DNA of 35,142 nt from Candidatus Micrarchaeota archaeon (GTDB lineage: Archaea > Micrarchaeota > Micrarchaeia > Anstonellales > Anstonellaceae): contig JAPLWY010000092.1 in the NCBI GenBank assembly GCA_026396355.1, positions 1 through 35,142 of the forward strand. The letters are read 5' to 3'. Shown one piece after another: positions 17,916-26,269 of the stretch (positions within the stretch are counted from its first letter, which is position 1; every line of letters starts with the position of its first letter). The position numbers and the translations under genes were made by a program. Below the pieces are notes generated by a model. The model was not told the DNA's origin. It ran no database searches and was given only the letters and a program-made list of their open reading frames with translations.

Positions 17916-18905
17916 TCAAAACAGCCTTCCGTAAAGCAATATGGCAAACAACGCACATAATACTTCCGCAAAAATGAACGCCATCACCAGTTTCTGCTCG
18001 CTTATTCCGCCAGTCAGTTTCATCACAAGCTGGCAAAGCCCGCGCACCTTTCCATCAACCGGTCGCAGCCTGCCTTTGCTGTCAATTTCGCCCCACCACT
18101 TTGTGCTTGGGAAGCGGTTTATCGCCTTGATGAAGAAATCCGCAAGATAGGGCAGCACAAGTATCGCGCCTACCGATTCCATATTCCCGATTATCACCGC
18201 CACCGCCAGCGTGGCGCCGATAAGAAGCGTGCCTATGTCCCCCATGAATATTTTCGCAGGATACCAGTTGCAGCGCAGGAATGCCAGGAGCGCGCCCAGC
18301 ATTGCGGCAGAAAGAAGCGCCATTTCCACTGAGCCGTTGCGAAGCGCAAGGAACAGCGTGGTCGCAAACATCACCGCGCCCATTCCCGCTTCCATTCCAT
18401 TGAAGCCTGCCAGCATATTGGTGAGATTGGCTGCCACTGTGACTCCGAGCGGAATGAGCGCCACTATGTAAAACATCCCAAAATCAACCGCGCCCAAAAA
18501 TGGGACCGTGATTACCGTGCTTCCTGCAGCGGCAAGCGCCACAAGCGGGAGCGCGGCAACCATGGGCAGGACCGTTTTGACGTCTTTTCGCATGTCGAAC
18601 AAGTCGTCAAAAATCCCAACCAGCGAAATTATGGTCATGGTGAGCATTGCCGCCAGAAGCGAGGTGAAGTCAAACTGGTGCTCTGTGAATGTGCGAAGCG
18701 CGATTGCGAGCAAAAGCGAGCCCACAATCCCCATCACTATTACCAGCCCGCCCATCTCTGCAACTTCTGGCTTGTCTGCCTTGTTCACGTCCCTGCCGAC
18801 TATTCCCGCAGCGCGCATCTTCCTTATCACAAACGGAAGCGCAAATGCGGCTATGCAAAAGGAGGAAGCGAGCACTGCTCCGACAAGCACAAGATCATTC
18901 CCCAT
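17916..18905 (-). CDS. aglH: UDP-GlcNAc:dolichyl-phosphate GlcNAc-1-phosphate transferase (MraY/WecA/Alg7 superfamily)
   Basis: Polytopic membrane protein with IFDDLFDMRKDVK and NMLAGFNGMEAG motifs. Its start abuts the stop of the upstream gene (TGAATG). Confidence 0.78.
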   Translation of the reverse strand: MGNDLVLVGAVLASSFCIAAFALPFVIRKMRAAGIVGRDVNKADKPEVAEMGGLVIVMGIVGSLLLAIALRTFTEHQFDFTSLLAAMLTMTIISLVGIFDDLFDMRKDVKTVLPMVAALPLVALAAAGSTVITVPFLGAVDFGMFYIVALIPLGVTVAANLTNMLAGFNGMEAGMGAVMFATTLFLALRNGSVEMALLSAAMLGALLAFLRCNWYPAKIFMGDIGTLLIGATLAVAVIIGNMESVGAILVLPYLADFFIKAINRFPSTKWWGEIDSKGRLRPVDGKVRGLCQLVMKLTGGISEQKLVMAFIFAEVLCALFAILLYGRLF

Positions 18906-20645
18906 TCATTTCACCCTCAGCACAACTGTTTCGCCAAACTCCTTTTCAATTTCCGCCCCGCCGTTTCCGGAGTAAAGCTCCACGAACTTCGGCGGCGCGG
19001 TTCCCTCCTCAAGAACTATCATGCGCCCAGTCACATTATTGCTGCTGGAAAGCATCATCATTTGCGACAGCGGTATGGTGGCATATTGCCTGCCTGCAGA
19101 ATCGATGTATGCGCCGTCGGACAACGCGAAGTTTCCGCTTGAGGTCAGGGGGCGCGAAACAAGGTTGCCCTGCGCCGAGGCGAACACTGCGTACCGATTG
19201 TTTCCAGACGCATATCTGCCTGCGAATGAATAAAGCGCAAACTCGCTGTTTTCCGAAAGCAAGCTTATTACGGACGGCGTCAGGACAATATAGGTGTTGC
19301 TCGGGAAGCTTCCCTTGCCTGAAAGCAGGTATTCCTTTGCCTGTCCAAGCTGGGCAAGTTCGGTTTTTGGAAGATAGAAGCCTGCAGCATCCTGCCTTTC
19401 AAGCAATACTAAGTTGCTTGGCTGTGATGGCTGCTTTGAGGACAGGTACAAAAGCGCGCCGGTCAAATCCTGGCTGGCGTATTTTGTGCTGCTTCCGCCT
19501 GTCCTGACTTGCTCTGCCACTGCCAAAAAGAATGCCAGCGCCACAACGAGCACCATCAGAACAGCGAAAAATGCCTTTCCATGGTACTCATACAGGTGCA
19601 GTATGATTGGCGCAAGGAGCGCACCCAGCGCCGATGCCACTATTGCGGAATAAGAGCTGAAGAAAAGCGAGGCAAGCGCAAAGCAGGTGAAAAAACAGGC
19701 AAAGAATGCCGCGCAAAGCATTGAGGGCTTTTTCATCTTTCCCTCAAGCGCTCTTCCTATTCCCTCTGCAGAAGGCAGGGCGAGAAGAGAGGCGCCTGCA
19801 AGCGGATTAAAGCCGCAAAGCAGAATTCCGCCGGCAAAAAACGCAAGCCAGGCTATTTCAGCTTCCCCAAAGATGAAAAGCGCCACCGGGATCGAGGCGG
19901 CTGCCATAAGGAACGGAATGCTGGAGAATGAGGAGAGCAAGCTTTCAGTTGAAAATGAGCCTATTCCGGCTTGTCCAAGCGTGGCCATTCCTGCCACTGC
20001 TCCAACAATTGCTGCCAAAACCAAGATGGCATAAGGGGCAAGCGCCATCATTTTCTCCCCGTTTTTTTTCACTCTTGCCGCGTACAAAAGCGCAATGAGC
20101 ATAACTGCAATTGCAAACGGGAAATCAAGGCATGCTGCTGCAGCTCCGAGCACAACAGCCAAAAGCGCAAACGGCAACTTTTGCCCATTAGAAAACAGAA
20201 TCAGGCAAAGAAGCATGGCTGCAAAGGCAAGGCAGGCAAGCTGCGCACTTGAAATAACCCCTGGCAGAAATGCCAAGGTGGAAACCGAAAGTGCGAAGAC
20301 GAGCGCAGCTGATGCTGAAACCGCCTTTCCCTTCCCGCTTGAGCGGAATGCAAGGTAAAGAAACGCCGAAACAAGCGCAAGCAAGATTCCAGGCGCCAAA
20401 AGCATGAAGCCGGTGATTGTTTCAGGGCTTGCTGGATTTGCGCCGGCAATTGAGGAATAGACGCCAAGCAGCGCAGAGTGGACTGCAACGTGCGGTGCCA
20501 CGCTTGCGCCTGAAAGCGAGCTGAAAAGCTGCACTGCGAATCCGAATTCAGGCAGCGTGGCTTTTGGCACGAATTGCCCTATGCCAACAGCTACCAGTGC
20601 TAGCATCAAAATCGCATAAACATCCCGTAATCCGAACTTCTCCAT
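18906..20645 (-). CDS. Large polytopic membrane protein with a C-terminal soluble domain of about 170 aa; function unknown (possible glycan polymerase or GT-C-like enzyme)
   Basis: About 400 aa of hydrophobic helices, then a Ser/Gly/Ala-rich soluble tail. It is operonic with aglH. I could find no WWDxG motif. ATG 20645 (MEKFGL) is preferred to GTG 20654. Confidence 0.45.
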   Translation of the reverse strand: MEKFGLRDVYAILMLALVAVGIGQFVPKATLPEFGFAVQLFSSLSGASVAPHVAVHSALLGVYSSIAGANPASPETITGFMLLAPGILLALVSAFLYLAFRSSGKGKAVSASAALVFALSVSTLAFLPGVISSAQLACLAFAAMLLCLILFSNGQKLPFALLAVVLGAAAACLDFPFAIAVMLIALLYAARVKKNGEKMMALAPYAILVLAAIVGAVAGMATLGQAGIGSFSTESLLSSFSSIPFLMAAASIPVALFIFGEAEIAWLAFFAGGILLCGFNPLAGASLLALPSAEGIGRALEGKMKKPSMLCAAFFACFFTCFALASLFFSSYSAIVASALGALLAPIILHLYEYHGKAFFAVLMVLVVALAFFLAVAEQVRTGGSSTKYASQDLTGALLYLSSKQPSQPSNLVLLERQDAAGFYLPKTELAQLGQAKEYLLSGKGSFPSNTYIVLTPSVISLLSENSEFALYSFAGRYASGNNRYAVFASAQGNLVSRPLTSSGNFALSDGAYIDSAGRQYATIPLSQMMMLSSSNNVTGRMIVLEEGTAPPKFVELYSGNGGAEIEKEFGETVVLRVK

Positions 20646-20654
20646 CAAACACAC

Positions 20655-21938
20655 CTATTTTTTCCTGATCTCGTGAAGTATTTCTTCTGCCCTGCTGGCA
20701 GTGGCATTGCGCTCCTCTGCCATTCTCCCTGCGACTTTCTCGATTTCAGCGCCACTTGCGCCAGCGGAAATGGCAAGGTTCTTTGCATGAAGCTCCATGT
20801 GGCCGCGCTGTATTCCCTCTGTGGACAGCGCCTTGAGCGCAGCAAAATTCTGCGCGAGGCCCACTGACGCCATCACACAAGCGAGTTCACGCGCGGTTTT
20901 CACTCCCAGTATTGAAAGCGCCACCTGCGCGGTCGGCAATGTCTTTATTGCCCCGCCGATTGTCCCGACTGCAAGCGGAAGTTCTATCTCCCCTTCCAAA
21001 TCCCCGTTGGGAAGCTTGCGGTACCTTGTGAGCGACCTGTATTTTCCGCCTGCGGCTGCAAACGCGTGCGCGCCGGCCTCAACTGCCCGCCAGTCATTCC
21101 CGGTTGCCACTGCAACCGCATCAATCCCGTTCATTATCCCCTTGTTGTGGGTGCATGCCCGGAAAACATCGGCTTCGGCAAATGCCCAGGCGTCCAGCAC
21201 GCCCTCGATTGCTTCAGCGCCAATTGCCTCTTTTTTCCAAATTGCTTTTGAGCGCGCCATTCTCTTGATTGCAAGATTTGTGAGTATACGAAGCCGCACC
21301 TTTCCGCCTGTCAGCTCCTCCAGTTTCGGTGCAATTCCCTCAAGCACTGTATTTATTGTGTTTGCACCCATTGCATCGCGAACGTCAACCTCGAATTCCG
21401 CAATCACCATTTCTCCCCGCTGCGTGGGAAGCGCGCGCGCTGAAAACCCTCGCAATCCGCCGCCATACCTTGCCATGCCTTCTGCAAACGGCTCGGTGTC
21501 TTTCATGATTTCTGATTTCTTGGCATTCAATTCCTTTGCAGCTTTTTTCGCATCAGCAATATCCACCAGCTGCACTTGCCCAACCATCACAGGCTCGTCA
21601 GCGCCTGCCTCAAACCCATTGCTTTCCCGGCAAAGCTTTGCGCCATTGCTGGCTGCTGCCACCACTGAGGGCTCCTCTATTGCCATTGGCACCAGGACTT
21701 CGCGCCCATTAACTATGAAATTTGTGGCAACTGCAAACGGCAGCCCGTGCATCCCAAGCGCGTTTTCCACCATCCTGTCTGCAATCCCAAACTCAAGCGG
21801 AGAGTCTGACTGCAGAATCTTCGCCTGCTCTTTTTCAAGCGCGCAGGCTTTGGAAATTTTTTCTATTCTCTCCTGCCTGCTAAGCTTGTAGAAGCCTGAA
21901 ATTGCCGAAGTTTTTTTCACATCCATTTTCCCACTCAC
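20655..21938 (-). CDS. hmgA: HMG-CoA reductase, class II-like
   Basis: ENALGMHGLPFAVATNFIVNGREVLVPMAIEEPSVVAAASNGAKL and RDAMGANTINT align with my recollection of the Pseudomonas mevalonii class II enzyme. About 427 aa. The start is GTG 21938 (GTGA overlap with the speB stop) or ATG 21926. Confidence 0.88.
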   Translation of the reverse strand: MSGKMDVKKTSAISGFYKLSRQERIEKISKACALEKEQAKILQSDSPLEFGIADRMVENALGMHGLPFAVATNFIVNGREVLVPMAIEEPSVVAAASNGAKLCRESNGFEAGADEPVMVGQVQLVDIADAKKAAKELNAKKSEIMKDTEPFAEGMARYGGGLRGFSARALPTQRGEMVIAEFEVDVRDAMGANTINTVLEGIAPKLEELTGGKVRLRILTNLAIKRMARSKAIWKKEAIGAEAIEGVLDAWAFAEADVFRACTHNKGIMNGIDAVAVATGNDWRAVEAGAHAFAAAGGKYRSLTRYRKLPNGDLEGEIELPLAVGTIGGAIKTLPTAQVALSILGVKTARELACVMASVGLAQNFAALKALSTEGIQRGHMELHAKNLAISAGASGAEIEKVAGRMAEERNATASRAEEILHEIRKK

Positions 21939-22798
21939 TTCCTGTTGCTTTCTGCAAGGCAGATTATCTTGTAGGCAAGCCTTGCTGCAAGGAAATCAGA
22001 AACATGATTGCCTGGAATCGGGCAAAGCTCGACAACGTCTGCGCCCACCACTGTCTTTTTTGCAAACAGCGCCTCAAGTAGCGCTATGAGCTGGGGGTAG
22101 TGCATGCCGCCCGGCTCAGGAGTGCCCACTGCAGGGCATTCGGATGGGTCGATTGCATCAACATCAATCGTTATGTAAACCTCATCCTTGAGCTTTGCAA
22201 TTATTTCCTCAGGCTTGAAGTTCACTCCGTAGACCGGCAGCTTCAATCGCTTTATCTCGGCTGCCTCCTCTTCCGAATAGCTGCGTATGCCAACAGAAAT
22301 CGCATGGAACTTTTCCCTGCACCGCCTCATCACGCAGGCATGGCCGTGCCGTGTTCCCTCGTATTCGTCGCGCATGTCTGCATGCGCGTCAATGTGCAGA
22401 ACTGAAATTTTATCCGCACTGCCCTCATCCGCAAGCGCGTCAAACGCGCCTATTGAAACAGAATGCTCGCCTCCCAAAAGGAGCGGGAACTTGCCTGCCT
22501 TGAGCGCCTCGGAAACGGCCTCCTTCACATAAGCGCAGTTTTTCTCAGGAGAGCCCCTGTCGCATTCCAGCTCGTCTGCAGTGTAGATTCCGCACTCTGC
22601 AAAATCCTTCCCAAGCGCTATGTCGTAAGTTTCGACCTGGCGCGATGCCTCTATTATTGCGCCTGGCCCGAACCGCATCCCCACTCCGTAGGAGGCAGTG
22701 GAGTCATAAGGGGCGGACAGCACAACGTACTTTGAGCCCTTCTGGCTGTTTGGGACTCCAAGGAATGACCTGGGCAATCCTATATGGAATATGTTCAT
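21935..22798 (-). CDS. speB: Agmatinase (ureohydrolase family)
   Basis: GGEHSVSIG, VLHIDAHADMRD and ITIDVDAIDPSECPAVGTPEPGG are Mn-binding ureohydrolase motifs. Confidence 0.85.
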   Translation of the reverse strand: MNIFHIGLPRSFLGVPNSQKGSKYVVLSAPYDSTASYGVGMRFGPGAIIEASRQVETYDIALGKDFAECGIYTADELECDRGSPEKNCAYVKEAVSEALKAGKFPLLLGGEHSVSIGAFDALADEGSADKISVLHIDAHADMRDEYEGTRHGHACVMRRCREKFHAISVGIRSYSEEEAAEIKRLKLPVYGVNFKPEEIIAKLKDEVYITIDVDAIDPSECPAVGTPEPGGMHYPQLIALLEALFAKKTVVGADVVELCPIPGNHVSDFLAARLAYKIICLAESNRK

Positions 22799-22865
22799 GA
22801 TTTCACCTGCACCGTGTAAAGAAGGGAAAACAGTGCTTTTAAACCTCCCCTTTCAAACAAAGTGC

Positions 22866-23729
22866 GTGGGAAACTTATCCGCATACGCCAGGCTTTTTCG
22901 CATAGAGCATGCGATGATGCTTGCAGTGGCAGTGGTGATTGCCGAGCTTCTGGTCTCAGGCGCGCAGTCTGTGCCCCTTCCTGCGCTTCCGTTGCTGCTG
23001 CTCTCGCTTTGCGTGCCAATATTCATGGAGATGGGCAGCTTTGCCCTCAACGATTACTTTGATGTGAAAGCTGACAAGGAGAACAGGCGAAAGGACAGGC
23101 CGATTGCCTTTGGCGAGATTTCGCCAAAAACCGCGCTTTTCCTTGCAGCGGCCTGCTACATTCTCGGCGTGGCTGCCGCATTCCCGCTTCCTTTGCTTGC
23201 GCTTGAGATAACGGCAGTATTCGCCTTCCTCTCGCTTGCCTACAATTTCAAGCTCAAGGAACTGCCCCTTGTGGGCAATGCCTATATTGCAGCTTCAATG
23301 GCAATTCCCTTCATATTCGGCAATTTCACTGTCTCTTCGCAGCTTTACCTGCCTGCGCTTGCGATCGCCTGCGTGGCATTTGTTGCCGGGCTTGGGCGGG
23401 AAATAATAAAGTCTGCAGAGGATGTTGAGGGTGATGTGAAGCATAGGAATGCGCGCACCCTGCCCGCAGTTCTCGGAGTGAAAAATTCCGCCTATATTGC
23501 AGCAGCCTGCTACATTGCGCTAATCCCGCTTTCCTTCCTTCCGTTTGCCTTGGGGCTGCGCACCAATCTCCTCGCACTTTCGCTGGTTGCCCTTGCCTCG
23601 CTTTCATTTGCAGCAATGGCGATATTGGCTGTGAAAAGCCAGAAAAAGGAAAACCTGACCGCGCTTAGGAAAACCTCGCTCCTTGCGCTTGCAGTCGGGC
23701 TCGCAGGCTATTGCGCCAGCCTGATTTGA
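22866..23729 (+). CDS. UbiA-family prenyltransferase, probable digeranylgeranylglyceryl phosphate synthase
   Basis: [27 protein letters not shown] is the NDxxDxxxD motif, and the second Asp-rich region is [13 protein letters not shown]. There are about 8 TM helices. GTG 22866 gives about 288 aa. The track ATG 22791 would overlap the divergent speB start. Confidence 0.72.
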   Translation: MGNLSAYARLFRIEHAMMLAVAVVIAELLVSGAQSVPLPALPLLLLSLCVPIFMEMGSFALNDYFDVKADKENRRKDRPIAFGEISPKTALFLAAACYILGVAAAFPLPLLALEITAVFAFLSLAYNFKLKELPLVGNAYIAASMAIPFIFGNFTVSSQLYLPALAIACVAFVAGLGREIIKSAEDVEGDVKHRNARTLPAVLGVKNSAYIAAACYIALIPLSFLPFALGLRTNLLALSLVALASLSFAAMAILAVKSQKKENLTALRKTSLLALAVGLAGYCASLI

Positions 23730-23766
23730 TTATAATATTTCAGCCTTTAATTGCAATGGTGGGAGC

Positions 23767-24620
23767 ATGGACAATTCAATAATTTCTCAAACAGACCTCA
23801 AATTAAAGCAGTTCTCGCGCGGAAAGGTGCGCGACACTTATGAGCTGCCTGACGGCAATCTTCTGATGGTGGCATCAGACAGGCTCTCTGCATTCGACGT
23901 TATTTTCCCTGACGGAATACCGAAAAAAGGAAGAGTGCTCACGCAGCTCTCACTGTTCTGGTTCGAGCGGCTCAAGGGAATTGTGGACAGCCACCTGATT
24001 ACTTCTGAAGTGCCCTCAGGCTTGCCCGATTACCTTGAAGGCAGGTGCATGGTGGTGAAAAAGGCAAAGATAATCCCGCTTGAATGCGTGGTGCGCGGCT
24101 ATCTTGCCGGTTCGGGCTGGAAAGAATACCAGAAAAGCGGCACAGTTTGCGGGATAAAACTGCCTGCTGGCTTGAAAAACGCAAGCAAGCTTCCCACGCC
24201 AATTTTCACTCCCTCCACAAAAGCGGAAAAAGGGAAGGGAAAAAGCTGGTTGGGGCAGAAACATTCGATTCAGTCCGCGCACTTGCACTAAAAATTTACT
24301 CAACAGCAGCAGACTATGCCAAAACGCGCGGCATAATTCTTGCAGACACGAAATTCGAATTCGGCTTTTACAACGGGAAAATAATTCTGGTGGACGAGGC
24401 GCTCACGCCGGATTCTTCGCGCTACTGGCCAGAGGAATCATATAAGGAAGGCATTTCCCCCCCCTCATATGACAAGCAGTTTGTGCGCGACTATGTGGAG
24501 AAACTGGGCTGGAACAAATTGCTCCCAGCGCCTCGCCTTCCTGCTGATATAATAAGCAAGACAACCGGAAAATACGTTGAAGCATACGAGCGGCTGACCG
24601 GGAAAAAATTCCAGTATTAG
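23767..24620 (+). CDS. purC: SAICAR synthetase, frame broken near 24230-24245
   Basis: The N-terminal part [26 protein letters not shown]...[12 protein letters not shown] stops at 24291. The family continuation [42 protein letters not shown]...DSSRYW runs in another frame to 24620. Confidence 0.85.
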
Positions 24621-24628
24621 GTGGTTAT

Positions 24629-25045
24629 ATGGTCGATGTCCTGATAATTGTTGGAAGCGAAACAGACCTGCCCCTTGCCAAAAAGGCAGAGGAAGCGCTC
24701 AATGAATTCGGAGTGGCAAACAAAATCGAAGTCGCTTCAGCTCACCGCACCCCTGACAAGCTGGACAAGCTGGTTTCCTCATCTGACGCAAAAGTGTTCA
24801 TAGGCATTGCCGGCCTGTCTGCCGCGCTTCCAGGCGTGATTGCCTCAAAGACCAAAAAGCCGGTGATTGGCGTTCCAGCAAATGTGAAAATGGACGGGCT
24901 GGACGCGCTTCTCTCCATGATGCAGATGCCCTCTGGCGTGCCGGTTGCCACTGTGGGGATAGACAATGCGAAAAACGCAGCGCACCTTGCAATCAGGATC
25001 CTTGCGCTTTCAGACTCCAAGCTGGCAGCAAGGCTCAAGAAATAG
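24629..25045 (+). CDS. purE: PurE (AIR carboxylase / N5-CAIR mutase family)
   Basis: [27 protein letters not shown] and [25 protein letters not shown]. Confidence 0.85.
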   Translation: MVDVLIIVGSETDLPLAKKAEEALNEFGVANKIEVASAHRTPDKLDKLVSSSDAKVFIGIAGLSAALPGVIASKTKKPVIGVPANVKMDGLDALLSMMQMPSGVPVATVGIDNAKNAAHLAIRILALSDSKLAARLKK

Positions 25046-25053
25046 GTTTTCAT

Positions 25054-25671
25054 ATGCACTTCCCCGAAATTCTCAGAAAATGCAAGCGCGGGCCCCAGGT
25101 GATACTTCCCAAGGACATAGGCGTAATACTCGCCTTTTCAGGGGTGGGCAAGAATTCGCTTGTGGTGGACGCAGGGGCTGGCTCAGGCTGGCTGGCAATC
25201 TCCCTTGCGAACGTTGCAAAAAAAGTGGTAAGCTATGAATGGCGGGAGGAGTTTGCCGAGCTTGCCGAGAAAAACGCAAAGCGCGCAGGGGTTTCTGAAA
25301 CGCTCACCATAAAGCGCGCAAACGTGCTGGACGGGATTGAGGAAAAGGAAATTGACCTGATTACATTCGATTTGGCAGATTCAGACAAGGCAGTGGCGCA
25401 CGCATTCTCCTCTCTTCGCGCAGGCGGGATGCTGTTTGGCTACATGCCTCACGTGGAGCAGGCGCGCAGGTTTTTCGAGGCTTGCACTGCCGCTGGTTTC
25501 CCAGAATCAGATATTCACATGACTGAGTGCATGATGCGCGACTATCTTGTGCGCGCGGCAGGCGTGCGCCCTGAGAACACCGGGCTTACGCACACCGCAT
25601 ATCTCGTGTTTGCAACCAAGCCAGCGCAGGCAAGGGAAACAGCAAAAAAAGCAGAAAAAAAAGAGGAATAG
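25054..25671 (+). CDS. trmI: SAM-dependent tRNA (adenine-N1)-methyltransferase, TrmI/Gcd14-like
   Basis: RGPQVILPKDIGVILAFSGVGKNSLVVDAGAGSGWLAISLA carries SAM motif I. The overall layout fits TrmI without the N-terminal barrel. Confidence 0.65.
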   Translation: MHFPEILRKCKRGPQVILPKDIGVILAFSGVGKNSLVVDAGAGSGWLAISLANVAKKVVSYEWREEFAELAEKNAKRAGVSETLTIKRANVLDGIEEKEIDLITFDLADSDKAVAHAFSSLRAGGMLFGYMPHVEQARRFFEACTAAGFPESDIHMTECMMRDYLVRAAGVRPENTGLTHTAYLVFATKPAQARETAKKAEKKEE

Positions 25672-25763
25672 GTGTTTTGTAGCAAGGCTGGCGCGCGCCG
25701 CCCGAAGAAAGCCTTAAATTACTGTCGGCTTATATCGCCATCCTCTGAAGCAAGGTGATTCTT

Positions 25764-26226
25764 ATGTCAAAAGTTACAATACCTGCAATCGTGGAAGGCG
25801 GAAAGGCAAACGCAGGCCCGCCCCTGGGCCCGGCACTCGGACCGCTCGGAGTCAACATAGGCGGGATAATCGACGAGATAAACAAGAAGACAAAGGATTT
25901 TGCAGGGCTTAAAATCCCGATCAAGGTAATAGTGGACAAAGCCTCCAAGAAATTCTACAGGCGAGCTTCTCAAAAAAGAGGCTGGCGTGGAAAAAGGCAA
26001 GAAAGGCGGTGCTGACGACCCCAAGGTGGTTGGCAACCTGACATTTGAGCAAGCAGTCAAAGTCGCAAGAATGAAGACTGCCGGTTCCTTGGTGCGCGAC
26101 CTGAAAAACGGAGTGAAAGAAGTGCTTGGCACCTGCGTTTCCCTTGGAATAACCATCGAGGGAAAAGACGGGCGGGCGGTTATTGCCGAGGTCGATGCTG
26201 GCAAGCACGACTCTGCGCTTGCCTAG
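25764..26226 (+). CDS. rpl11: Ribosomal protein uL11, frame broken at about 25956
   Basis: MSKVTIPAIVEGGKANAGPPLGPALGPLGVNIGGIIDEINKKTKDFAGLKIPIKVIVDKASKKF is followed in the next frame by TGELLKKEAGVEKGKKGG..KVVGNLTFEQAVKVARMK...EVLGTCVSLGITIEGKD. GGTGAT lies 6 nt upstream of the ATG. Confidence 0.85.
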
Positions 26227-26231
26227 GCAAC

Positions 26232-26239
26232 TTTATATA
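26232..26239 (+). promoter_or_regulatory. TATA box (TTTATATA) for the surface-protein gene
   Basis: Lies about 31-38 nt upstream of ATG 26270, consistent with an archaeal short-leader promoter. Confidence 0.5.
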
Positions 26240-26269
26240 CTCTTTTTGCTTTTGTACTGCGGTGCAAAA

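Noticed and set aside
22791-22865. ATG 22791 as the start of the UbiA prenyltransferase
   Set aside because: It would overlap the divergent speB start codon region by 8 nt and add a non-conserved, non-hydrophobic extension. The in-frame GTG at 22866 gives a family-typical length. Uncertainty remains.
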